Source: Spartobacteria bacterium (lineage in GTDB: Bacteria; Verrucomicrobiota; Verrucomicrobiia; Chthoniobacterales; UBA10450). From it: DNA of 64,000 nucleotides. Below are positions 18,603 to 27,622 of the stretch, in pieces. Within the stretch, counting starts at the first letter, position 1; every line of letters begins with the position of its first letter. Made by a program: the position numbers and the translations under genes. The stretch covers positions 120,131 through 184,130 of the forward strand of contig JAJPGZ010000012.1 of the NCBI GenBank assembly GCA_021325495.1. The letters run 5' to 3'. The notes under the pieces were generated by a model. That model did not search any database. It worked only from the letters and a program-made list of their open reading frames with translations, and had not been told where the DNA came from.

Positions 18603-19679
18603 ATGCAAAACGAGGAATTGGCCTACGCAATCGTCACGCCGTATTCGATGCGCAAATCGCGCACGGGCGCGATCATTTCGCGATTAATTTCGCGCACCGG
18701 CCTGGAGATTGTGGCGTCGCGAATGTTCGCCCCGAGCGAGGAGCTGACGCGGCGTTATGCGGATACGATTGTGACCGAGAAGGACGCAAGGCATCGCGCC
18801 ACGCAGGAACTTTTGCGCGATTACGTGTTGAAGAATTTCACCGGCGAACGCCAGGGACAACGCGCGCGCGTGATGTTTCTTGTTTTTCGCGGGCCGGAAG
18901 CGATCGAGAAAATGCGGACGACGATTGGCCACATCGTGCACGAACGCACGAGCGGCGAAACAATTCGCGATACGTTCGGCGATTACATCACGGATGAATC
19001 AGGAGGCGTGACCTATTTCGAGCCGGCGGTGCTGTCGGATTTCGATCCGCAAAATGTCGAGCGCGATTTGAAATTGTGGGCCGAGTTTTCCGATCGCGAC
19101 GGCGGAATTCTCGACGATGTCATTCAATATCCCAGCAGCGCGAAGGCGGAAAAGACGCTGGTGTTGATCAAGCCGGACAATTTTAAATTTCCAAATCTGC
19201 GTCCAGGCGGCGTGATCGAAGTTTTTTCGCGCACCGGTCTCTACATTATCGGATTCAAGGTGCATTGCATGAGCGTGGCCCAGGCGGAAGAATTTTATGG
19301 TCCGGTGTTGCCGGTGCTCGAGCAAAAACTCGGACACGCCAAAGGGCGCAGTGCGTGGGAAGACATCGTCGCGTTCATGGCCGGCGCGCGACCGAGCGAT
19401 GTGCTCCCGGAGAAGCGCGAAGAGCCGGGATGCGAGAAATGCATCGCGATCGTGTATCAGGGCGAGAATGCGGTCGCAAAAATCCGCGAAGTGCTCGGAC
19501 CGACCGATCCGGCAAAAGCGCCCCCGGGATCGATCCGAAAAGAATTCGGCCAAACCATCATGGTGAATGCGGCGCACGCCTCGGATTCGGTCGAGAACGC
19601 CCAACGCGAGATGAAGATCGTGCGCGTGGACGAAAACAATTTTAAAGCAGTGATTGAAAACTTCTATGCGCGCCAATAA
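18603..19679 (+). CDS. Nucleoside-diphosphate-kinase-like protein with two NDK-type halves
   Basis: ORF trimmed to the ATG at 18603. Two NDK-like segments are present (AYAIVTPYS..., TLVLIKPDN..., GSIRKEFG, NAAHASDS). Confidence 0.7.
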   Translation: MQNEELAYAIVTPYSMRKSRTGAIISRLISRTGLEIVASRMFAPSEELTRRYADTIVTEKDARHRATQELLRDYVLKNFTGERQGQRARVMFLVFRGPEAIEKMRTTIGHIVHERTSGETIRDTFGDYITDESGGVTYFEPAVLSDFDPQNVERDLKLWAEFSDRDGGILDDVIQYPSSAKAEKTLVLIKPDNFKFPNLRPGGVIEVFSRTGLYIIGFKVHCMSVAQAEEFYGPVLPVLEQKLGHAKGRSAWEDIVAFMAGARPSDVLPEKREEPGCEKCIAIVYQGENAVAKIREVLGPTDPAKAPPGSIRKEFGQTIMVNAAHASDSVENAQREMKIVRVDENNFKAVIENFYARQ

Positions 19680-19718
19680 AGTGGCCGCTCCTGAATTTTG
19701 GACTCTACTAAGATCGAC

Positions 19719-20882
19719 ATGGAAATTTCCGAACGCGCCGCGCAACTGACTCCATCGCTCACGCTTTCCATCGACGCGAAAGCGAAAGCGATGAAGGCCG
19801 AAGGGATCGACGTGTGCGGTTTCGGCGCGGGCGAACCGGACTTCGACACGCCGGAGCATATCAAGCGCGCTGCGATCGAAGCCCTCGAGGCCGGCTTCAC
19901 GAAATACACGCCGAGCTCGGGCATTCCCGAGTTGCGTCAAGCGATCGCGGAGAAACTCGCGGCCGATAACAGCCTTTCCTATCGCGCGTCGCAGATCGTC
20001 GTCAGCAACGGCGCAAAGCATTCGTGTTACAACGCCATCCTCGCGACCTGCCAGCCGGGCGATGAAGTCGTTATTCCCGCGCCGTATTGGGTAAGTTACC
20101 CGGACATGGTCAAACTCGCCGGCGCCGATCCGGTGATCGTGCCCACGTTCGAGCGTAACGGTTGGAAGATGAGCGCGGAAGATTTCGAAAACGCGATGAC
20201 GCCGCGCACGAAAATGGTGATTCTAAATTCGCCGTCGAATCCGGCCGGGGCGGTTTACACGCGCGAGGAGCTGCAGGCGATTGTCGATGTTGCGGCGGAA
20301 GAAGACATCTACATTTTGTCCGACGAGATTTACGAGAAGCTCGTTTACGACGACGCGAAACACGTCAGCGTCGCGTCGTTAAGCAAAGAAGCCTACGAAC
20401 TCACGCTCACGGTCAACGGTTTCAGCAAATCGTACGCGATGACCGGATGGCGGCTCGGTTATCTCGCCGCGCCGGACGCGGTGGCGAAGGCGGTCGATTC
20501 AATTCAAAGCCACAGCACGTCGAATCCCTCTTCGTTTTCACAACGCGGCGCGCTCGCGGCCTTGAAAGGCGATCAGCAACCGCTCTCCGACATGCGCGAA
20601 GAATTCGATATGCGTCGCAATTACATGTTTGATCGCATATCGAAAATCCAGAACGTGACCGCGGTGAAACCGCAAGGCGCATTCTATGTCCTGGTCAACA
20701 TCAGCCAGCTCGGCCTCACCTCGACGAACTTTGCCGATCGTTTGCTCAGCAAAGCGAACGTCGCCGTCGTTCCCGGCGCTGCTTTTGGGGATGATCGTGT
20801 CATCCGGCTGAGCTACGCCACCAGCATCGACATCATCAAAAAGGGTCTCGACCGGTTTCAGGATTTCTGCCGGACGCTCTAA
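19719..20882 (+). CDS. Class I PLP-dependent (aspartate-type) aminotransferase
   Basis: GAGEPDFDTP and SKSYAMTGWRLGY (PLP lysine). The ATG at 19719 is preferred over the TTG at 19698. Confidence 0.85.
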   Translation: MEISERAAQLTPSLTLSIDAKAKAMKAEGIDVCGFGAGEPDFDTPEHIKRAAIEALEAGFTKYTPSSGIPELRQAIAEKLAADNSLSYRASQIVVSNGAKHSCYNAILATCQPGDEVVIPAPYWVSYPDMVKLAGADPVIVPTFERNGWKMSAEDFENAMTPRTKMVILNSPSNPAGAVYTREELQAIVDVAAEEDIYILSDEIYEKLVYDDAKHVSVASLSKEAYELTLTVNGFSKSYAMTGWRLGYLAAPDAVAKAVDSIQSHSTSNPSSFSQRGALAALKGDQQPLSDMREEFDMRRNYMFDRISKIQNVTAVKPQGAFYVLVNISQLGLTSTNFADRLLSKANVAVVPGAAFGDDRVIRLSYATSIDIIKKGLDRFQDFCRTL

Positions 20883-20885
20883 GCG

Positions 20886-22436
20886 TTGCCTTCCGGTTAC
20901 CTCGCACTCATTCTTCACGCTCATTTGCCGTTCGTTAGGCATCCGGAGCACGAGCATTTTCTCGAAGAAGAATGGCTCTTTGAGGCGATAACGGAAACTT
21001 GCATCCCGTTGTTGCAAATGATGCAACGGCTAACGAACGAGCGGGTGCCGTTCAAGCTCACCATGTCGCTCACGCCGACGCTGTGCGCGATGCTCAATGA
21101 TGCGCTTTTGCGCGAACGCTACATTGAACATGTCGATCTTTTAATCGATCTCATGCAGCGCGAATGCGAGCGCGCGCATGGCGATCCGAAATTGTTCGAA
21201 CTTGCGCAGTTCTATTGCGCGCTGTTCGTCGAAAGCCGCCGCTTCTTCGTCGAAGAATGGAATTGCGATCTCATCGCAGCGTTCCGGAAAATGCGCGAGA
21301 CCGGTGCGCTTGAAATTATCGCTTCGGCCGCGACGCACGCGGTTCTGCCGCTGCATTCACGTGAGTCACAGCGGGCGCAGGTGTTGATCGGCCGTGATGT
21401 ACATGTCGATCTTTTCCATGTCGATCCAAGCGGATTTTGGTTACCCGAGTGCGCCTACGCGCCCGGCCTCGAAAACATTTTGCAGGAAGCCAACATCCGC
21501 TGGTTCGTTCTTGACGCGCATGGATTGATGTTTGGAAATCCGCGGCCGCGTCGTGCGATTTACGCGCCTTGCTTCACGCCGGCCGGCGTGGCTGCGTTCG
21601 CGCGCGACCGCGATTCGTCGCGCCAAGTTTGGAGCGCGACCGAAGGTTATCCGGGCGATCCGGCCTATCGCGAATTTTATCGCGACATCGGCTGGGAACT
21701 TCCGCTCGAACATCTCGGACCGGTCGCGCGCGGCATGCGGAAATTTTCCGGAGTGAAATATCACCGCATCACCGGCCGAGGTAAGATCGACAAGGAACTT
21801 TACGATCGCGACGCGGCCGAACGCGCGGCCGACGCGCACGCAACGCATTTTCTCGAACGCCGCCAATGGCAATTGGGCGAACTCGGCGACATTGATGTCG
21901 ATCCAATCATCGTCGCGCCGTTCGACGCGGAGTTGTTCGGGCATTGGTGGTTCGAAGGTCCGCGCTTTCTCGAATTGCTGATTCGCAAAGCCGCCAACCA
22001 GGATGAAGTTCGCCTAACGACGCCGAGTGAGTATCTCGCAGCGCATCCGACGCAACAGACCCTTGAGCCTGCGGCATCGACCTGGGGCGAAAATGGTCAC
22101 CTCGAAGTTTGGCTGCATCCGAGTAACGCGTGGATTTATCCGCGCGTCCACGCTGCGGCGAAGAAAATGACCGAGCTCACGCGTCGCGGCGGTGATGATC
22201 GCGTCCTCAGGCAACTCGCGCGCGAACTCTTGCTCGCGCAAGCGAGCGATTGGGCATTCCTGATCAAGAACGCGACGGCGAAAGAATACGCGGCGAAACG
22301 GACGCTCGACCACTTGGAACGATTCACGCGATTGCATGATCAATTTACAAATGGAGATGTCGATCTTGCATTCCTTTGCGAGATCGAATCGCGCGACAAT
22401 TTGTTTCCGAACGTGAACTGGCGATACTTCGCGTGA
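20886..22436 (+). CDS. GH57-family glycoside hydrolase (alpha-glucan branching-enzyme-like)
   Basis: The N-terminus ALILHAHLPFVRHPE is typical of GH57. 516 aa. Confidence 0.85.
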   Translation: MPSGYLALILHAHLPFVRHPEHEHFLEEEWLFEAITETCIPLLQMMQRLTNERVPFKLTMSLTPTLCAMLNDALLRERYIEHVDLLIDLMQRECERAHGDPKLFELAQFYCALFVESRRFFVEEWNCDLIAAFRKMRETGALEIIASAATHAVLPLHSRESQRAQVLIGRDVHVDLFHVDPSGFWLPECAYAPGLENILQEANIRWFVLDAHGLMFGNPRPRRAIYAPCFTPAGVAAFARDRDSSRQVWSATEGYPGDPAYREFYRDIGWELPLEHLGPVARGMRKFSGVKYHRITGRGKIDKELYDRDAAERAADAHATHFLERRQWQLGELGDIDVDPIIVAPFDAELFGHWWFEGPRFLELLIRKAANQDEVRLTTPSEYLAAHPTQQTLEPAASTWGENGHLEVWLHPSNAWIYPRVHAAAKKMTELTRRGGDDRVLRQLARELLLAQASDWAFLIKNATAKEYAAKRTLDHLERFTRLHDQFTNGDVDLAFLCEIESRDNLFPNVNWRYFA

Positions 22437-23119
22437 TGATTAGGCCGTTCACACTAGCAATGTTAGTCGGAGTCGCGCTCGCGACCGCGCAGGAATCCCC
22501 CTCGCCAACCGGAACGACAACAGCGACCGCGACGCCGAGCGCCGCACCCGCGCGCAGTGTGCGCATCAGTTTTGTGCCGCCACCGCTCGAAGGAACGATC
22601 AGCCTCGGGATTTACGATCGCGAAGGGAAACTCGTGCGCGTGCTCGTCGATCAAGGCTCGGTTGATGAATTCGACGTCGGCGCGGACGCGCTTAACGCGA
22701 AGTGGGACGGCAAAAATGATCGTGACGAAGATTTGCCGGCGGGAAAGTATCATGCGCGCGGTTACATGGTTGGTGCTCTCAAAGCGGAAGATTTGGGGCC
22801 GGCGACGACGCCGGTGCCGTTGGATCTCAACAATCGCGCGCAGGTGAAATTGGTTTCAAATCCGTTGTCGAAAGACGCAAAAACGATTGTCGATCTTGTG
22901 GCGTCATTTGAAGACGACCAGATCGTTTTGAAAAGCGCGGACGGCCTGCCGTTGTTCACCGTGATTGAAGCGGCCGGAGTTACGCGTCTTTTCGCGAAGA
23001 AAAGCGGTGAGAAATCAATCGACCTTTGGGCGGACAACGGAAATCTCGTCGAGCAAATCCGCGTGTCGAACGTGGACCAGATGATGGCCTTCGATTGCGG
23101 CGAGATTGAATTGAAGTGA
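22436..23119 (+). CDS. Secreted hypothetical protein
   Basis: ORF trimmed to the ATG at 22436 (TGATG overlap with the GH57 stop). It has a signal peptide MIRPFTLAMLVGVALATAQ and an Ig-like segment GKLVRVLVD...WDGKNDRDEDLPAGKY. Confidence 0.55.
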   Translation: MIRPFTLAMLVGVALATAQESPSPTGTTTATATPSAAPARSVRISFVPPPLEGTISLGIYDREGKLVRVLVDQGSVDEFDVGADALNAKWDGKNDRDEDLPAGKYHARGYMVGALKAEDLGPATTPVPLDLNNRAQVKLVSNPLSKDAKTIVDLVASFEDDQIVLKSADGLPLFTVIEAAGVTRLFAKKSGEKSIDLWADNGNLVEQIRVSNVDQMMAFDCGEIELK

Positions 23120-23139
23120 CGCTGTGTTAGTTAGCCCGC

Positions 23140-24462
23140 ATGGCTGCCACGCCTGACTTTCAACAAACGCTCGCCAAATCCGCCGGGTTCAGCGGGACGT
23201 CGCTGCACACCGGCGAAAAAGTTTCGCTCAAATTGCAGCCGGCGCCGGCGGACCACGGAATCAAATTCAAGCGCAAGGATCTCGCGGACGAACCGACGAT
23301 TGACGCGAAGATCGACAATCTCAAAACGGTTGAACGCGCGACCACCATCGGCGAAGGCGCGGTGCGCGTGCACACGGTCGAGCACGTGCTGGCGGCGTTG
23401 ACCGGCATGGGCGTGGACAACGCCATCATCGAGATGGACGCGAACGAGCCGCCCATCGGCGACGGCAGCGCAAAACCCTATGTCGATCTTATCAATCGCG
23501 CCGGCCTAACGATGCAGGAAACGCCACGAAAATCTTTCGAAGTGCGCGAGCCGATGCACATCGAAACGAAATCGGGATCGATGCTGGTGTTGTTGCCGGA
23601 TAAAAACTTTCGCATCTCTTGCACGCAAGCCGGGCCGAACAATCGCTTCTCGCAGTACATGTCGATCGAAGTGACGCCGGCGATGTTCGAAAAGGAAATC
23701 GCGAGCGCGCGCACGTTTGTTTACTACGAAGACGTCGAAGCGTTGATGGGCAAGAACCTGATCAAGGGCGGCAGTCTCGAGAATGCGATCGTGATTCGCG
23801 ACAACAGTGTGTTGAGCAAGGAGCCGATGCGGTTCGAGGACGAGTTCGTTAGGCACAAAATTCTCGACATCATCGGCGATCTTTCCCTCATCGGTCAGCG
23901 CATTCGCGGGCATCTCATTGCGGTCAAGCCGGGACATGGCGCGAATGCCGAGCTCGCACGCGCGATTGCGAAAGAACAGAAGCGGCGCGACGCGATGGCG
24001 ATCCCGCGACCGTTGCCGCCGGGTCAGGGTGGATTGAGCGCCGAAGATATCTTGTCGATCTTGCCGCATCGTTATCCGTTTTTGATGGTCGATCGGATCA
24101 TCGGTTTCGAAGGCGACACCAAATGCATCGGTCTTAAAACGGTGACGATGAACGAACCGTTTTTCCCGGGGCATTTCCCCGGACATCCGGTAATGCCGGG
24201 CGTTTTGCAGGTGGAAGCGATGGCGCAGGTCGCGAGCATTCTCCTGTTCAAATTGTCGAAGTCGACTAACCGCATCGGTTATTTCATGAGCGCGGACGAT
24301 GTGAAATTTCGAAAGCCGGTTTTTCCCGGTGACACGATTTACATCCACGCCGAGCTCACGAAAAATCGCGGCGACCGTCTGGCAAAAGCGAAATGTCACT
24401 GCGTCGTCAACGATGCGGTTGTGTCCGAAGGTGAATTGATGTTCACGTTTCTCGATCGATGA
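23140..24462 (+). CDS. lpxC: Bifunctional UDP-3-O-acyl-GlcNAc deacetylase / 3-hydroxyacyl-ACP dehydratase (LpxC-FabZ fusion)
   Basis: N-terminal LpxC (HTVEHVLAAL, FVRHKILDIIGDL) and a C-terminal FabZ hotdog domain (LPHRYPFLMVDRI, FPGHFPGHPVMPGVL). Confidence 0.9.
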   Translation: MAATPDFQQTLAKSAGFSGTSLHTGEKVSLKLQPAPADHGIKFKRKDLADEPTIDAKIDNLKTVERATTIGEGAVRVHTVEHVLAALTGMGVDNAIIEMDANEPPIGDGSAKPYVDLINRAGLTMQETPRKSFEVREPMHIETKSGSMLVLLPDKNFRISCTQAGPNNRFSQYMSIEVTPAMFEKEIASARTFVYYEDVEALMGKNLIKGGSLENAIVIRDNSVLSKEPMRFEDEFVRHKILDIIGDLSLIGQRIRGHLIAVKPGHGANAELARAIAKEQKRRDAMAIPRPLPPGQGGLSAEDILSILPHRYPFLMVDRIIGFEGDTKCIGLKTVTMNEPFFPGHFPGHPVMPGVLQVEAMAQVASILLFKLSKSTNRIGYFMSADDVKFRKPVFPGDTIYIHAELTKNRGDRLAKAKCHCVVNDAVVSEGELMFTFLDR

Positions 24463-25238
24463 GCGACGTCAAAGTTCATCCGACGGCAATTGTCGATCTT
24501 AGCGCAAAGTTAGGAGCCGGAACGGAAGTCGGGCCGTATTGCATCGTCGGCGCGAACATTTCGTTAGGCGAAAATTGCTGGCTGCAACATCACGTCACGC
24601 TGCAAGGCCCGATGAAGGCGGGGGCGCGAAATAAATTTTACGCGTATTGCTCGATCGGCCAACAAACGCAGGACCTGAAATACAAAGGCGAGCCGACGTA
24701 TTTGGAAATCGGCGACGAAAATACTTTTCGCGAGTTCGTGACCGTGAATCGCAGCACGACGGCCGAAGGAAAGACGCGCATCGGTCATCGTGGAAATTTT
24801 CTCGCGTATTCGCACATCGGTCATGACTGCGTCGTCGGCGATGAGGTCGTGTTCTCAAACAACGGCACGCTCGCCGGTCACGTCACCGTCGGCGACAACG
24901 CAGTCATGGGCGGCCTAACGGCGGTGCATCAATTCTGTCGGCTTGGTCGATTCGCCATCACCGGCGGCTGCTCGAAAATCGTGCAGGACGTTCCGCCGTT
25001 CATGATCGCGGATGGAAATCCGGCGGAAGTTCGCGGGATCAATGTCGTCGGGCTCGAACGCAAAAATTTTTCGGCGGAAAAAATCAAACTGATCAAGGAA
25101 GCGTTTCGTTTGATCTACCGCTCGAAGCTGAACACGCGGCAGGCGATTGAAGCGGTGCGAAAAGATTTACCGGCAGCGGAAGAGATCACTCAGATCATCG
25201 AATTCATCGAGCAAAGCGAGCGCGGTATCATTCGTTAG
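24459..25238 (+). CDS. lpxA: Acyl-ACP--UDP-N-acetylglucosamine O-acyltransferase
   Basis: Left-handed beta-helix hexapeptide repeats. 259 aa. It overlaps lpxC-fabZ by 4 nt. Confidence 0.9.
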   Translation: MSDVKVHPTAIVDLSAKLGAGTEVGPYCIVGANISLGENCWLQHHVTLQGPMKAGARNKFYAYCSIGQQTQDLKYKGEPTYLEIGDENTFREFVTVNRSTTAEGKTRIGHRGNFLAYSHIGHDCVVGDEVVFSNNGTLAGHVTVGDNAVMGGLTAVHQFCRLGRFAITGGCSKIVQDVPPFMIADGNPAEVRGINVVGLERKNFSAEKIKLIKEAFRLIYRSKLNTRQAIEAVRKDLPAAEEITQIIEFIEQSERGIIR

Positions 25239-25261
25239 ATCGACATCGTGCAAGATCGACA
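25236..25261. repeat. Head-to-tail pair TAGATCGACA (25236-25245) / AAGATCGACA (25252-25261), 16-bp period
   Basis: The pair fills the 24-bp gap between convergent genes. The TAG of the first copy is the lpxA stop. Confidence 0.85.
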
Positions 25262-25262
25262 A

Positions 25263-26813
25263 TTACTGCGTGGATCCGGCGAGCTGGTGTTCGATTTCGT
25301 GCAGAATCGGCGCCGCCGGCGACGCCGAAACAATGCGCAAGGTGCTGCGGACAAGATCGAGCGCGCGTTTGCGCCGGTCTGATTTCACGAGCGCGTCGCA
25401 TTCTTCGATCACAACCCGAATGATGTCGTCGCGATTCGTGTAAGTCGCGCGCGCCTGCTGAAACAAACTTGTCGCCGCGACGAAATTTTTGTCGCGCGCT
25501 TCCATTCCACCGAGGTCTTCGAGCATGATCGCATTGCGCGCGCGCGTCGCCGCCTGCCGCGCAAGAGCGCGATATTCGGCCGGCGGCCGATTTACGTTTT
25601 TGACCGCGAAGTCATGATAAAATTTCCAATCACCGGCGGCGCGCGGCGTTTCACGCGGCTGATCGTCCGCCAGCCACGACGCATACGGGCGGTAAAGCGG
25701 ATCGCCCACGGCGACGTTCATCCACGACAGCGCCTGCAGCGACATGTAAACGCTTTCGGCAAACGTGAAACCGTGCAGCAATCGATCATTCAAAATATCG
25801 AACTGCGAACTCAACTGCAGATACGGTTCGTAAACATTGCCCACACTCGCGGCCGCGCCGCGCATGAGCAGCGGCGCCACCCAATTCGCATTCGGGTCGC
25901 GCAACGTCGCGGCGCTGAATGAATGAATGTGAGCCGCCACCGCGCCCGGAACGAAATGAAAGTTCGGATCATTAAACGGTCCGGCCGCCTGGCCGGTGTA
26001 CCATCCGTAATACAAGGCGCAATTCGTCATCGGGTATCCCGCCGGAAAAACGCCGGGCAGTTCATCCAGCACCACCGGCACGCCCACTTTGCGCAGATCA
26101 GTCGCGACGTTCGTTAACCAAGTCTCGCCTTGCGCCGCGGGCGCAGTATTATGCGAAGTATCGACATAGCCCCGGCCCCACAACCCGTTTTTCTCCGCGG
26201 CGATCCCGTCGGTAATCATTCGCCTAACGACCGCCGCGGTCGGCGCATCGAGACGGCAGGCGAGCAGCATCACCGGACCTTGGAATTCGCGAATCGCGCG
26301 AAAACTTTTGAAATACGGATTCGGGATCGCGCCCGAAATTTGATGCGAGCTCGTTGATAAGATCGACAATTCCGAATCGACCGACGCCGCGTTCTGATCA
26401 CCCACCGGGCCGCCTTCGACTTTATCGCCATCGTACGGCGCAGTGACCGGCCGAATTTTCAGCGGCACGCCTTTCATCACCGCCGCGAATAGAATCGCCG
26501 TGCTATCGATCGACTCGACGCCATCGGCGCGCCGGTGCGTTCGCCACCAGCCGCGCTCGTGAAAAATTTTTCGGAGCGGCTCGGCGATGGTGCTGTCGTA
26601 CTCCGCCCGATCGATTTCTTCCGTGGTCGGACAGGTCAAGGCCACGAGATGATCGCGGGGAATTGCACGCTGCTGCATGTAAAACTTCGCCAGATCGGCT
26701 GAGTCGGGCGCGGCTTTGTTGTAGATGACGATGGTCTCTTCGGCGAGCTGCTCAGCGTGCGCGGCGGTCGCGCAGAGCAAGATCGACAATAGACAAGATC
26801 GACAACGACTCAT
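25263..26813 (-). CDS. Secreted hypothetical protein
   Basis: 516 aa with signal peptide MSRCRSCLLSILLCATAAHA. I cannot name a family with confidence. Confidence 0.6.
   Translation of the reverse strand: MSRCRSCLLSILLCATAAHAEQLAEETIVIYNKAAPDSADLAKFYMQQRAIPRDHLVALTCPTTEEIDRAEYDSTIAEPLRKIFHERGWWRTHRRADGVESIDSTAILFAAVMKGVPLKIRPVTAPYDGDKVEGGPVGDQNAASVDSELSILSTSSHQISGAIPNPYFKSFRAIREFQGPVMLLACRLDAPTAAVVRRMITDGIAAEKNGLWGRGYVDTSHNTAPAAQGETWLTNVATDLRKVGVPVVLDELPGVFPAGYPMTNCALYYGWYTGQAAGPFNDPNFHFVPGAVAAHIHSFSAATLRDPNANWVAPLLMRGAAASVGNVYEPYLQLSSQFDILNDRLLHGFTFAESVYMSLQALSWMNVAVGDPLYRPYASWLADDQPRETPRAAGDWKFYHDFAVKNVNRPPAEYRALARQAATRARNAIMLEDLGGMEARDKNFVAATSLFQQARATYTNRDDIIRVVIEECDALVKSDRRKRALDLVRSTLRIVSASPAAPILHEIEHQLAGSTQ
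26779..26804. repeat. Head-to-tail pair of AAGATCGACAA (26779-26788, 26795-26804), 16-bp period
   Basis: Both copies lie inside the signal-peptide coding region and are read in two phases (RCRSC and LLSILL). Confidence 0.9.
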
Positions 26814-27617
26814 TCAGAAACGCAGTTGCAGGCCGTCATACGCGATGTGCGTGTGGGGTGGAAGATCGCGCTCCGCGCTCTGCGGCAACTCATGCGCGAT
26901 GTGAGTGAAATAAGTTTCGTTAGGCCGGACCCGTCCCGCAATCTCGAGCGCCTGATCCACGCTCAAATGCGTCGGATGCGGTTTGTGTCGCAACGCGTCG
27001 ATGATCAATGCCCGCACGCCTCCGATAAGATCGACAATCGCATTTGGAACCGCACTGCAATCGCTCAGGTAAGCGACCAGTTTTTCGCGGCCGCGCGCGA
27101 GGAGATAACCATTCACCATCGAATCGCCATGCGGCACCGGCAGCGGCGTGATCAAAGTTTTGCCTAACGAAAACGGTTGTTCGATCACGTGCGGTTCCGG
27201 TTTGAGGTAATACGCGACGCGCTCGGTTTTATCGAACGCGAATTTATAAACGCGTTCCAGATCGCGCATGGTTTGGGGCGAAGCGTAGACCGGCATGGAA
27301 CCGTTCTTGTGCGAGAACCGCCGCAGATCGTCAAACCCCATGATGTGGTCGGTGTGCGAGTGCGTAAAAATGACGGCATCGACATCGCGAATGTTTGCGC
27401 GCAGCGCCTGCATCCGAAAATCCGTGCCGGTATCGACCACGAACGAACACTCCGGTGTTTGAATGTAAATCGACGAGCGCAGACGATTGTCGCGCGGATC
27501 GGAAGATCGACATACATCGCAGTCGCACCCGATCATCGGCACGCCCTGCGACGTGCCCGTGCCCAGGAACGTGAGTTGAAGATTGTAACTTTGCTGTTGA
27601 GTGTCTGAAATCTTCAA
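26814..27617 (-). CDS. MBL-fold metallo-hydrolase
   Basis: H-x-H-x-D-H motif (HSHTDH). 267 aa. Confidence 0.8.
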   Translation of the reverse strand: MKISDTQQQSYNLQLTFLGTGTSQGVPMIGCDCDVCRSSDPRDNRLRSSIYIQTPECSFVVDTGTDFRMQALRANIRDVDAVIFTHSHTDHIMGFDDLRRFSHKNGSMPVYASPQTMRDLERVYKFAFDKTERVAYYLKPEPHVIEQPFSLGKTLITPLPVPHGDSMVNGYLLARGREKLVAYLSDCSAVPNAIVDLIGGVRALIIDALRHKPHPTHLSVDQALEIAGRVRPNETYFTHIAHELPQSAERDLPPHTHIAYDGLQLRF

Positions 27618-27622
27618 AGCCG